Positions 22,606 through 31,552 of a DNA stretch of 64,000 nt are shown here, piece after piece. The notes beneath the pieces were generated by a model. That model made no database searches. It was not told the DNA's origin and saw nothing but the letters and a program-made list of their open reading frames with translations. Where the stretch lies: positions 50,696-114,695 of the forward strand of contig JBFMAF010000015.1 in the NCBI GenBank assembly GCA_040755995.1, in the 5' to 3' direction. The translations under genes were made by a program, and so were the position numbers. Source of the DNA: Acidobacteriota bacterium. Lineage in GTDB: Bacteria; Acidobacteriota; CAIWXX01. Numbering within the stretch: the first letter of the stretch is position 1; each line of letters opens with the position of its first letter.

Positions 22606-22633
22606 GGGTCGCATAAGAATGATTATGTCAACT
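22606..22633 (+). other. dif-like XerC/XerD recombination site
   Basis: GGGTCGCATAA-GAATGA-TTATGTCAACT has the 11-6-11 layout of E. coli dif (GGTGCGCATAA-TGTATA-TTATGTTAAAT). Confidence 0.75.
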
Positions 22634-22723
22634 CCATCCCGGTGATCTTGATTGAGACCGATGGGGCCTGTTGACAGACGCTCCGGCTAGGCGCATAGTG
22701 ATGCCAACAAACAGGAGGCTACA

Positions 22724-23965
22724 ATGAGACCACCGGTGTCCTTCCTGGGTGTCGCTCTGCATGCTTTCATTGGCATCGCGGCCTGCTCCTCGGCTGGTGC
22801 GCAACAGATGGCGTGGGTTCAGAAGAGCCCGTCAACGAGCCCAGCAGCGCGACACCGCCACGCCATGGCCTACCACATGGCGAGAGCGCAGGCAGTGCTC
22901 TTCGGTGGCATCGGCGATAGTGGCGTACTCGGCGATACGTGGACATGGAACGGCTCAGCGTGGAGTCAAGCAGTGCCGTCATCGTCGCCTCCAGCGCGTA
23001 TGCATCATGCCATGGCATACGATGCAGCCCGCGGCCAAGTGGTCCTGTATGGCGGAATGGGAGCGTTCGCTTTCGGTGACACTTGGGTCTGGGATGGCAC
23101 CACCTGGCACCTCAAGGCCCCGTTCCCCAACCCGTCGTTTCGCAGCTACCACGCGATGGCCTATGACAGCAGTCATGCGGAAGTGATTCTCTTCGGCGGC
23201 TATGAATGGACACGAATGAACGATACGTGGGGCTGGGATGGCACAAGCTGGACCGTCAAGACTCCGGCAACAAGTCCGTCTGCCAGAACGTTCCACGCGA
23301 TGGCGTACGATGCAGCCCGCAGCGAGCTAGTGCTCTTTGGCGGCTGGGACGGTGCTTCTCCACTCGGCGATACCTGGGTGTGGAACGGAAGCGACTGGAC
23401 ACGGAGATACCCTCTGACTAGTCCGCCTGCACGCGACTCCCATGCGATGGCCTACGACGCCGCACGGGGACAGGTTGTACTCTTCGGTGGATGGAATCGA
23501 GTCACCGACTTCAACGACACATGGACTTGGGATGGAACGACCTGGACGCAACAGACTCCCTCAGCAATGCCATCACTGCCGCTGGCACTGCCCCCCGCTC
23601 GGAGTTTCCACGCGATGACATACGACGTGCTCCATCAAGAGGTGGTCCTATTCGGCGGCAGCAATCCAGATGCTCTGCTCTCGGATACCTGGGTGTGGAG
23701 GCCGTGGTCTGGGCCGCTGATATCGTCGATCAAATCGAAAAGCAGCAGGCCCGGCACTTCTGCAACGATCACCGGTAGTGGGTTCTCTGCCACGAAGACG
23801 GCGAACACGGTGAAGTTCGGAAAGTACACAAGCAGTGTGACGAAGGCAAGGACGACACAGCTGACGGTGACGATACCTACGAAGTGCAAGTCAGGGAAGA
23901 CGTACCGAGTGCAGGTAACGGTCAGCGGAAACAAGAGCAACGTCGTCCAATTCCTGATCAAATAA
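22724..23965 (+). CDS. Secreted six-bladed Kelch-repeat protein with C-terminal IPT/TIG-like domain
   Basis: Signal peptide; six ARxxHAM(A/T)YD...VVLFGG...DTWxW repeats; ITGSGFS..NTVKFG Ig-like tail; AGGAGG RBS. Confidence 0.88.
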   Translation: MRPPVSFLGVALHAFIGIAACSSAGAQQMAWVQKSPSTSPAARHRHAMAYHMARAQAVLFGGIGDSGVLGDTWTWNGSAWSQAVPSSSPPARMHHAMAYDAARGQVVLYGGMGAFAFGDTWVWDGTTWHLKAPFPNPSFRSYHAMAYDSSHAEVILFGGYEWTRMNDTWGWDGTSWTVKTPATSPSARTFHAMAYDAARSELVLFGGWDGASPLGDTWVWNGSDWTRRYPLTSPPARDSHAMAYDAARGQVVLFGGWNRVTDFNDTWTWDGTTWTQQTPSAMPSLPLALPPARSFHAMTYDVLHQEVVLFGGSNPDALLSDTWVWRPWSGPLISSIKSKSSRPGTSATITGSGFSATKTANTVKFGKYTSSVTKARTTQLTVTIPTKCKSGKTYRVQVTVSGNKSNVVQFLIK

Positions 23966-24009
23966 GGACAGATGCCCCGAGAGGGCGCATGTTTCACAGG
24001 AGGCAAGAG

Positions 24010-24333
24010 ATGAGAACCCGCGTTTCGACAATCCTCATCGCTGTTCTCGGCCTGATTGTGTTGGCACTCTTCACCCGATGCGAATCCACGCCCACACAGC
24101 CAGCAGCTTCATCTTCGCCCGCCAGTTCGACTCCGCCCGCTACGTCAAGCCCGACCGAAACGTGCGCGGATCTTGAGAACTACTGCACGGGCTTGGTGTG
24201 GACTGAGGTCAAAGGTGCCAGTAACATCCGGAGTTCGTGTTCGTACAATGCGTCAACTGGGACCTATACGGTGACCACGACCTACGACATGCCAGGCGGG
24301 ATCAGTCGATCCGTTCAGCACCAGTTCAAGTGA
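24010..24333 (+). CDS. Small putative lipoprotein
   Basis: Hydrophobic signal ending FTRC, Ser/Pro linker, small Cys-containing domain; GGAGG RBS. Confidence 0.65.
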   Translation: MRTRVSTILIAVLGLIVLALFTRCESTPTQPAASSSPASSTPPATSSPTETCADLENYCTGLVWTEVKGASNIRSSCSYNASTGTYTVTTTYDMPGGISRSVQHQFK

Positions 24334-24484
24334 TGGAGTCACTGAGGCAGCCAGCGCCACGACTTCCGGGAGGCTGGGGCGACGGCCCGAGAGCTGGCCA
24401 CTCCGCAGTCAGCCCGCCCCCGCTTCCTTGGTGATGGAGCATTCTCGGCGATCATCAATTGATCAATGCCCTCAACGCGGGTCG

Positions 24485-24757
24485 TTATGAACTGCGCCTC
24501 GGACGAGTGAAGCGTATTCCCTTCTGTTCCGCTTCTCTCATCGCTTGCTCCTCGTTGCGTCTGCGGGTCTCATAGGCTTTGCGGGCAACTTCACTGCGCC
24601 ATTCGGCAGATCCGGGGACGAGCCCCTGGTATCTCGGATCAGGCTCCATCTCCTCTTTCCCTGCCCACTGCCCGGTGTGGAACTTCCTAGCCCATGACTT
24701 CAATCCCGGAGTCAGCTGATTGAACTCCCAGGTTCCCGGCTTGGGGTACTTGGACAT
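24485..24757 (-). CDS. Hypothetical protein
   Basis: ATG with AAGGAG RBS; co-oriented with the element's replication genes. Confidence 0.6.
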   Translation of the reverse strand: MSKYPKPGTWEFNQLTPGLKSWARKFHTGQWAGKEEMEPDPRYQGLVPGSAEWRSEVARKAYETRRRNEEQAMREAEQKGIRFTRPRRSS

Positions 24758-24806
24758 GGCCTTTCTCCTTCACAGATGATGAAATCAAGGTCTCCCTGTT
24801 TCCGCA

Positions 24807-25013
24807 CTAACCGACAAGCTTCTGAATCTCCGCGGCCTGAATGATGGACAGCACGAACAGGATCACCGAAAGGATGAACATCAGAATCATGAACGTGTTG
24901 CCTGTGTTGGCTGTTCTCTTCTCGGGCGGTGCAGCCAACACCTCCAAGCACTTGCCGAGATACCCGATTCCGAAGATGACCACGCACACTGCCCATATGA
25001 GTATCTGGAGCAT
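24807..25013 (-). CDS. Small two-TM membrane protein
   Basis: Two hydrophobic helices; GGAGG RBS. Confidence 0.6.
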   Translation of the reverse strand: MLQILIWAVCVVIFGIGYLGKCLEVLAAPPEKRTANTGNTFMILMFILSVILFVLSIIQAAEIQKLVG

Positions 25014-25414
25014 ACGCACCTCCCTTTGTGGTTGGACTTCGTGATCAACCCGCCCCGAATGCTTGGCTCGCATTCGGCCAGCGCCCCCACAGCCCGCTGC
25101 TGCGAAACCACCGTGATAACTCCTCGCTCGCAGAAAACGATGCACAGATTATGCGCCGAACTCGGTTGGAAGTCCACCGACAAACACGACGCTCGGGGAG
25201 TGAATAGAAGCCACGACCGGCAAGCACTGCTTCGGACTCAAGAATGCCATGTCACACCACTGTAACTCCTTCGTATCTCAAGGCTTGGGCCACCATCAGC
25301 ACGGACGGCGAGTGCACGGGCTGTGCCCAAATGTGCGTGCACGCGGAACCGGTAGGGGGTCCCCCCAAAAAACACCCAGGCGCTAGCCGCCCACAGGGTC
25401 GTCATGTGTTTTGT

Positions 25415-25852
25415 TCACCTATTCCGTTTCCTACCTGCTGCGTACAACCTACGTGCCTTCCCCGAAGCCTGGCCTGCTCTCCTTCGACCCTCTCGTGTCC
25501 AGTCATGCTGCTTGTCGGTGAGGCTCCGTTCGTCAGGCGGAAACACTCTGGGACCTGGATTCGGACCGCGGCCGTTTGACCCGCGGTCCTCCGCGTCCTC
25601 CAGATCGAACGGTTCGAGAGGTTCGTTGCAGAATGGCGCAAGGATTTCCTCAAGCGACTTGTCTGAGAGCCCCCAGCTGTCCGACATCTCCTGTAACAGC
25701 TCCGCCGGGTCCCCCAGATCGAAGGGTAGCTCCTCTAATCCCTTGCACATATCGCTGTCTCCTTCGCGCGATGTGCTGCGTTTTACCTGGTCAGTGCGAA
25801 TCCTGTTCCTGGTCTTCTTCTTCATGATCGGAGTTCCTCCAACAAGGTTCAT
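25415..25852 (-). CDS. Hypothetical protein (acidic middle, basic C-terminus)
   Basis: ORF downstream of the rep gene; start uncertain. Confidence 0.45.
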   Translation of the reverse strand: MNLVGGTPIMKKKTRNRIRTDQVKRSTSREGDSDMCKGLEELPFDLGDPAELLQEMSDSWGLSDKSLEEILAPFCNEPLEPFDLEDAEDRGSNGRGPNPGPRVFPPDERSLTDKQHDWTREGRRRAGQASGKARRLYAAGRKRNR

Positions 25853-25990
25853 GGCCCTTCAATCATCATCACGAAGGCCCTTATACATTCATGATGATGA
25901 ACATCACTGCGTCCCCTCCTGTATTCCTTCCACACCTTTTGGGGAAAGGTGGAGAGAAAAAACGTGATGATCCAGGACGTGGATGCAATC

Positions 25991-27859
25991 TTACATGCCA
26001 CTCTGGCTTGCGATCTCATAGCAATTCTCGCGCCCTTCTTTTCCGGCGATCTTGAGGACACCGTCCTTGCACAGATCCCTCAGCAAATTCGATGTCGATC
26101 TTGAATGGAGTTTCAGCTTGCAGCTGATGGCCGCACATGTGAGCGGCCCGTCTTTCTTGAGCAATTCGAGAGTCCTGAAACGAGCACCGCTCCTGCCTGG
26201 GTACTGGCCGCCCTTCGCTTCACCAAGAATGGTCCAGCCTATGGGCTCCTGCCAGTGCAGGTCGAGGGATTGCGGTTTGACACGTCGGCCTCTCACCTTG
26301 AGGGTTGCCTGCACATCGCCTCTCCGTTGCAGATAGAGCACGCTCTCGGCTCCACCGGGGATCGCCATCGTCCCCTGCATGCGGTGCAGAAAGGATGTGG
26401 CCAGCTTTGATTTCGTGGTATGGTGGATGAGCAGAATGCAGACCTTGTGTTTGTGTGCCACGGCTCGAAGACCCGACATCGTTACATTGTCGCCCAGGTA
26501 AGCGTTGCCTCCGTCTTTCTGCATCGGCATCACTTCGACGAACGGATCAATGATCACCAGGCGACACTCGGTGTGCTTTCCAAGGTACTCGTCCATTTGC
26601 TCGATTCCCCTCTGGTCAATTCTGGGCCACGAATGCCCAACCGTGATCCGTTTGACTCGTTCAGGTGACACGGTGTCTCCGATCAACAGCTGTCTCTGCT
26701 GAAGCAGTCCCGTAGGGTAGTCTTCGAGGCTCAGAAACAACACACCGGCTCCCTGGAGCTCCCGCGTGGGAGACTTCTCCGGGAGCAGTTTGGTGTCGAT
26801 ACCCACAACAGCAAGCGCCAGTTGAAGGGCCAGTGTTGATTTCCCTTCCTTCGGCGAACCAGCCAGCACGTGGAGTCCCATTGCCAGAAGGACGCTTGGC
26901 AAGATCCAGGGTGGACTCTCGTCCTCGCAAGGCGCATTGTCCCATGTGTATAAGTCAGGCTCGTTCGCGGTCTCATCCCGTTCACGGCCCCATTGTTCGC
27001 GAGGCTCGCCTGTGAAGGCTGACTCAATGGTTTTGCGCAGTTCGGCAAGCGTGTACGGTCTAGACTGGCCTGCGCCGTCTTCCTGGGGAACGTGTGGGAG
27101 ATAGTCGCGCACGAGAATCTCTGTGGCCTCATCTTTGTGGAAGCCATGGTCTCTAAGCTGCAATGCCGCATCGAACCCGCATTTGTTCCGTTTCCCTACG
27201 CAGGCTTGCAGCATGTACTTCATGGCGATCGCGCGCGCCAAATCCCCACGCCCATTCCCGCCCCCCGCGGCCTTCTCCCCGGCTCGACTGAGCAAGGAAT
27301 CTCCAAGGCTGCCTTTGCCGTTTCCGCGACCTGTGAGGTATCCGAGTAGCTCCTCGGGCAACTCGCTGAGGAGATAAGGCGCATGTTTCCCAATGCGCCG
27401 ATATTCGCCATTGTGGTTCCGGCCATGGAAGACGACATACCCGCCCTCGCCCTTGAGATCCATCCCCGGAAACGATAGGTTCTTGGTCTTGCCCCGGATC
27501 TCCTCGTCGCCACACAGAAAATAGACGTGCGCGCCGCCACTGCCGCTCCTGACGTGCGGACGAAGGCCCAGCTTCTTCATCGTCTCTAGCCCCTGCTCCC
27601 CGTCGAAGTCTGCGACAACGAGCCTGCTTACGCGACCGGTGATGATCGCCCATGCTGGAGGGGCCAACTCTGCGTTCCACTTCCTCAGTTGACTGAGGCT
27701 CGGCCTCTTCGTTTGAAACTCCATCCAACGGACCATGGCCGCCTTGTTCGCCCCGCATGGGATGATTGAACCTCCGTCCCGGTAGGCTCGAATGACCGCA
27801 TTGGGTAAGCGGCTTGATTTTTTCGACATTTGTGGTAAATTCTTGTTGCTCACATTCAC
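25991..27859 (-). CDS. Bifunctional primase-polymerase fused to an AAA_25/RepA-type helicase
   Basis: Prim-Pol motifs VVADFD, SGSGGAHVYF, DLKGEGGYVV; Walker A GSPKEGKS; Walker B LVIIDP; IHHTTK; C-terminal wHTH. Confidence 0.88.
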   Translation of the reverse strand: MNVSNKNLPQMSKKSSRLPNAVIRAYRDGGSIIPCGANKAAMVRWMEFQTKRPSLSQLRKWNAELAPPAWAIITGRVSRLVVADFDGEQGLETMKKLGLRPHVRSGSGGAHVYFLCGDEEIRGKTKNLSFPGMDLKGEGGYVVFHGRNHNGEYRRIGKHAPYLLSELPEELLGYLTGRGNGKGSLGDSLLSRAGEKAAGGGNGRGDLARAIAMKYMLQACVGKRNKCGFDAALQLRDHGFHKDEATEILVRDYLPHVPQEDGAGQSRPYTLAELRKTIESAFTGEPREQWGRERDETANEPDLYTWDNAPCEDESPPWILPSVLLAMGLHVLAGSPKEGKSTLALQLALAVVGIDTKLLPEKSPTRELQGAGVLFLSLEDYPTGLLQQRQLLIGDTVSPERVKRITVGHSWPRIDQRGIEQMDEYLGKHTECRLVIIDPFVEVMPMQKDGGNAYLGDNVTMSGLRAVAHKHKVCILLIHHTTKSKLATSFLHRMQGTMAIPGGAESVLYLQRRGDVQATLKVRGRRVKPQSLDLHWQEPIGWTILGEAKGGQYPGRSGARFRTLELLKKDGPLTCAAISCKLKLHSRSTSNLLRDLCKDGVLKIAGKEGRENCYEIASQSGM

Positions 27860-27894
27860 ACTCCTTCGAAACCCCGCTCCAGGGGTTTAGCATG

Positions 27895-28128
27895 CTAAGT
27901 TTGCGTTGATCGCCGTCGCCTTGGTCTTCGGTCGCCTCCGCTCCCTCGGGAGTGCATCCTGAGCCACCTCACAAACTCGTCCTCCCGGTAGAGTGCCGCG
28001 CCTGCCCCTCCGCTGAACCTGATCCAGGGTGGTCCGATGCCGCGCATACGCCACAGTCGCAGTGTTTGCGCTCGCAAGCCCAGACGCTCCGCTACCTCAT
28101 TCGTTCGCAACAGCCTTGCTTCGCCCAT
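27895..28128 (-). CDS. HTH_17/AlpA-like (excisionase-type) DNA-binding protein
   Basis: LLRTNEVAERLGL..TLRLWRMRGIGPPW. Confidence 0.8.
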   Translation of the reverse strand: MGEARLLRTNEVAERLGLRAQTLRLWRMRGIGPPWIRFSGGAGAALYREDEFVRWLRMHSRGSGGDRRPRRRRSTQT

Positions 28129-28330
28129 CGCTCCCTCCGTCGGAAGTGGACCTGCGTCGCCTGTTCTCGCTCCAGGAGAGCAGATCTCGTTTCTCATAGA
28201 CTACCCTCGCGCCATGCTTGCGGAACTGCGGTCCTACTCCTGCCCATCGCCAGCGAGACATTGTGCGGTACTTCAGCCCCAGCATCTTGGCCGCGGCTTT
28301 GGTGTCCAGGAACATCGTCGACTCATCCAT
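28097..28330 (-). CDS. HTH_17/AlpA-like (excisionase-type) DNA-binding protein
   Basis: FLDTKAAAKMLGL..RTMSRWRWAGVGPQFRKHGARVVY. Confidence 0.82.
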   Translation of the reverse strand: MDESTMFLDTKAAAKMLGLKYRTMSRWRWAGVGPQFRKHGARVVYEKRDLLSWSENRRRRSTSDGGSDGRSKAVANE

Positions 28331-28438
28331 CTGCGCAAACCTCCTTCAAACGCTGCGGTATTGCAGCGTTCTCCAGCTATTCTGGAGGACGCAGGGGCAG
28401 CGCGGAATTGGGAGAGCCTCAAGACGGTTTCCCACCCG

Positions 28439-28906
28439 TCAGCGCAGCTTCTTCTTCAGATATCGAATGCGCTCACGAACCAAGCGAGCCTTTTCGTCGG
28501 GGCCCATGCGTGCCCAGCCTCGCTCGGTCACCTTCAAGCTGCGCAGAATCGCCTCTCTTGTAAGCGGTTCGTCCGAGTCTTCTTCCCGCTCGGATTGCTC
28601 AAGCCACCCATCGAAATGGTCGGCAATGCTGCGATAAGACCGCCCCTGCACGTGGAGGCTCAGCATGTAATCGCACAAGATAGGAATCGCACCGCGCACG
28701 GGGGCCGTGGGGCGCCTGGCGGCTTTGTCACGAATCTTCTTCACATAGTCCCATGCCACCATCCACTTCTCCCAGGTGATGGTCGGGTCCACGCGAAACC
28801 ACAGGCAGAGCTTCTTGGTAATGGGGTCACGCGAGGAGGCGAACTTGAAGTCTCGCCCAGTCCACTGGCTTTGACGTTTAACCCGTGACTGCTTCTTCTC
28901 CGCCAT
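28439..28906 (-). CDS. Hypothetical protein of the integrative element
   Basis: ORF between the integrase and HTH genes, same strand. Confidence 0.55.
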   Translation of the reverse strand: MAEKKQSRVKRQSQWTGRDFKFASSRDPITKKLCLWFRVDPTITWEKWMVAWDYVKKIRDKAARRPTAPVRGAIPILCDYMLSLHVQGRSYRSIADHFDGWLEQSEREEDSDEPLTREAILRSLKVTERGWARMGPDEKARLVRERIRYLKKKLR

Positions 28907-28962
28907 CGGGCAGCCAGCCAGTGGTCAATCCCGACGCTCGGGAAGGTAGGAGGCCCCGGTCC

Positions 28963-30168
28963 TCACACAGCCTCCCGTCTCGCCCTGTTCGCGAAATCAA
29001 GTACCTTCCCGGTGTCTTGGCCTAGACTCGCGGCAATCTCGGAGCATATCCTCTCGGCAGCATCCTTGATCGGGTCCGAAGGGACAACGCTGTAGTATCG
29101 CGCCGTCGTCTGGCTGTCCCTGTGCCCCAGAAGTTCGCCTACGACTTTCAGACCCATGCCGCGGACTGCCCCGAGACTCCCGAAAGTCCGCCGCAGGTCG
29201 TGCAGGCGCACATCCTTCATACCGGCCGCGGCCCGTATTCGTCTCCACGGCTTCTCAAGATCGGTTAGATGTGCGCCTTCCTTGCTGCCCCATATCACGT
29301 GCGGATTGCCTTCAAACCGTGTGGCGGCTCTCAGGACTTGAAGCGCTGCACCGCCCAAGGGGATGGTCTTGGTGCCGGTCTTGCTATCGGGCAGACGCAG
29401 GCAGGAATGCTCGAAGTCAACCTGATCCCATCTCAGCCTGAGAATTTCTCCGAGCCTCGCGCCAGTCAACAACAGGATCTTGATGGCAGTCACTGCGGAG
29501 GGAACTGCGAGGTTCTGTTGAACCGCCTCATCCAGCGCCTTCCCGAGCCTTGAGGGTTCATCTCCGCTGAGAATCCGGTTGCGAGGGTGTTCACGGAAGC
29601 GTTCGATGTGCCTGCACGGATTGGTTCCATCAGTACGCAGTCCCCACCGCTCGGCGAGGTTGAACATCTTCGACAGCAGCGCCAATACTCTGTTGGCCTC
29701 ATATGGCGTTTCGCGTAGGCCCTGATGGAGTCGATCGACATCGAAGCGCGTCACATCCTTTGCGGCGATTCTCCCCAGCCGTGGCAGGATGCGGTTGGCC
29801 AGGAGACGGCGGTCCTCGTAGACACTGCTCGGCTTCTTGCGTGCCTCGGCGTAGTCTCGGATGTACCGTTCTGCCAGGTCCGCCACGGTGGGAGCCTCCG
29901 CGCCCGATGCCTTCATCTGTGCAGGATCATTGCCCGTCAGGACACCGGCGAGAAGCGTTCGCGCTTGTTGTCGCGCCTGCTCTGTGGTGATTTGACCATG
30001 ATGACCAATCGTGAACCATCGGCGACGGCGGCCAACTCGATATCGGATGACGTAACTGCGCATTCGGTCAGGCGTCATGCGGCAACCGAACCCAAGGACC
30101 TCCGTGTCCCAAAGTTGTTGTCCGGGCCTGAGAGACTCGACTTTCCGTTTCGTGATCCTGATCCGCAT
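28963..30168 (-). CDS. Tyrosine integrase (P4-like, N-terminal arm-DNA-binding domain)
   Basis: LWDTEVLGFG..RWFTIG arm domain; catalytic residues in TGARLGE, SKTG, LHDLRR, LGH, TTARY; adjacent to the att repeat. Confidence 0.95.
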   Translation of the reverse strand: MRIRITKRKVESLRPGQQLWDTEVLGFGCRMTPDRMRSYVIRYRVGRRRRWFTIGHHGQITTEQARQQARTLLAGVLTGNDPAQMKASGAEAPTVADLAERYIRDYAEARKKPSSVYEDRRLLANRILPRLGRIAAKDVTRFDVDRLHQGLRETPYEANRVLALLSKMFNLAERWGLRTDGTNPCRHIERFREHPRNRILSGDEPSRLGKALDEAVQQNLAVPSAVTAIKILLLTGARLGEILRLRWDQVDFEHSCLRLPDSKTGTKTIPLGGAALQVLRAATRFEGNPHVIWGSKEGAHLTDLEKPWRRIRAAAGMKDVRLHDLRRTFGSLGAVRGMGLKVVGELLGHRDSQTTARYYSVVPSDPIKDAAERICSEIAASLGQDTGKVLDFANRARREAV

Positions 30169-30332
30169 GACGTTTTCCTACTATGCTTGTAGTATCCGTG
30201 CTCCCACTGTGCTCCCAGGCGACATCAATTCAGAGCATAACACAGCGCACAAGAACAAACAACAGACAGATCGAAGTGATTGATTTTTCGAACTGGAACG
30301 TCCGTTCTCGTACTGGAGAAAACCGTCGATCT

Positions 30333-30381
30333 CAGACTTCGAATCTGTAGGCCGGGGGTTCGATTCCCTCCGGGCGCGCCA
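30333..30381 (+). repeat. att site: duplicated 3' 49 nt of tRNA-Arg
   Basis: Identical to 21261-21309. Confidence 0.95.
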
Positions 30382-30705
30382 GCACCTTCAAGCATTTCCC
30401 AGAGAAATCAGCGAGATAGCTCTCCGAGCTCAATCCCGCCCGGGACCGTCCAGACCCCCCGAAACCCCCTCAGGATGCTCGGTGGTCCCCACAAAAGTCC
30501 CCACAGGCTCTACGCTTGTAGTAAGCCCCTGACAAGCGGCTCCCTGGGATGCTGCGAACATCCCCGGAGCCTGCCAACCCACGCGAGGAGTCCGCGCGGA
30601 TGGCTACCCTGATTTTAGCACACCGTCACCCCAGCCGGCACAGGCCGAGCTCGGGGCTTCTCTACACCAACGATCGAAAGCGGGCGAGTCCCGCGAGGAG
30701 GAGTC

Positions 30706-31020
30706 ATGTCTAATCGACCGGACGACGACTACTTGTTCGAACTACGGCGCCATGTGCACCCGGGCTTCGAGGAAATCGAATCGGCCGCGGGGTGCGTGCT
30801 TCGGTGCGCGCTTCCACAAGGCGGTGAGATCGTTCTGTTGGCAGACCGAATCGAGAGGCCAGGGAACATCTCTATCAGGCGGCGCGGAGCGCGGACGATG
30901 GTGGGCGCGATCTTGACCTACGAAGGTTCCGAGGCTTGCGGCCACCCCGACGACGCTGTGGTTCGAACTCTCGTCGAGAACGCGCTTGACTTCCTGTCTG
31001 GAGCGGCGGCTGCGGGGTAG
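30706..31020 (+). CDS. Hypothetical protein
   Basis: Strong GAGGAGGAG RBS before the ATG. Confidence 0.55.
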   Translation: MSNRPDDDYLFELRRHVHPGFEEIESAAGCVLRCALPQGGEIVLLADRIERPGNISIRRRGARTMVGAILTYEGSEACGHPDDAVVRTLVENALDFLSGAAAAG

Positions 31021-31096
31021 AATCAAGCGAACACTTCCGGAGGGGATGGGCGGCGACAAACGCGGGGCGCTCTGTCCCGCGCTTCCCCTCCAACCG

Positions 31097-31546
31097 TCAG
31101 GTATGAGACTTCTGGGAGGGGCAGACCCGATGCTGAGGATCCCACCAGAGCAATTCCAGCGTGCCCTCCTGCCGAATGCCGAAGATCCTCTCCTCACCCG
31201 TCACTCGGAGGGATACCAGTTCTTCAATATCATCGGCGTGAATCTCCAGGAGTCGAGCACGCGCCTGCGCGCAGAGGTCCCCCACTTCAACTGTGTGGTT
31301 CTGTTTCCTCCCCTGGATCAGGATTTCGTTCCACGTCATCCCTTCGAGGTCCGCTAGGCGTCGCCGAATCCTGTCCAGCACATCTCCTGCGACTCCCTTC
31401 CAACTGAAGGGGCCATCCAGGTCCAGGCGGCGGATTCTCCATGCTGGCATGCGTTGGTTCCAGTCGGGCCCTGGCTGAACCCGCGGTTCTTTCTTGGGAT
31501 GGGGCGACAGTCCGCGTCCGATCCGCGGGCGCTTCTGTTTCGCCAC
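31097..31546 (-). CDS. Putative RelE-like toxin partner of the Panacea antitoxin
   Basis: Starts 6 nt after the DUF4065 gene; LVSLRVTGEERIFGIR..LELLWWDPQH C-terminal pattern. Confidence 0.65.
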   Translation of the reverse strand: MAKQKRPRIGRGLSPHPKKEPRVQPGPDWNQRMPAWRIRRLDLDGPFSWKGVAGDVLDRIRRRLADLEGMTWNEILIQGRKQNHTVEVGDLCAQARARLLEIHADDIEELVSLRVTGEERIFGIRQEGTLELLWWDPQHRVCPSQKSHT

Positions 31547-31552
31547 TGCCGG

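Larger units (their letters stand above)
21261..30381. mobile_element. tRNA-Arg-integrated phage-satellite-like integrative element (about 9.1 kb)
   Basis: Perfect 49-bp direct repeats at 21261-21309 and 30333-30381; tyrosine integrase, two HTH/excisionase-like genes and a Prim-Pol/helicase; no recognisable virion genes. Confidence 0.9.

Noticed and set aside
25138..25165. Second dif-like site (GGCGCATAA on the minus strand)
   Set aside because: Only a XerC-like half is present, with no TTATG XerD arm at 6-bp spacing. TGATGTCAACT near 51841 likewise lacks a partner arm.
25345..25380. Possible cos/packaging signal (GGGGGTCCCCCC-AAAAAA)
   Set aside because: It is only a short palindrome, with no terminase or HNH gene to support it.
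30333..30381. Second tRNA-Arg gene
   Set aside because: Only the 3' 49 nt are present, without the acceptor 5' strand or D-arm; it is an att duplication.
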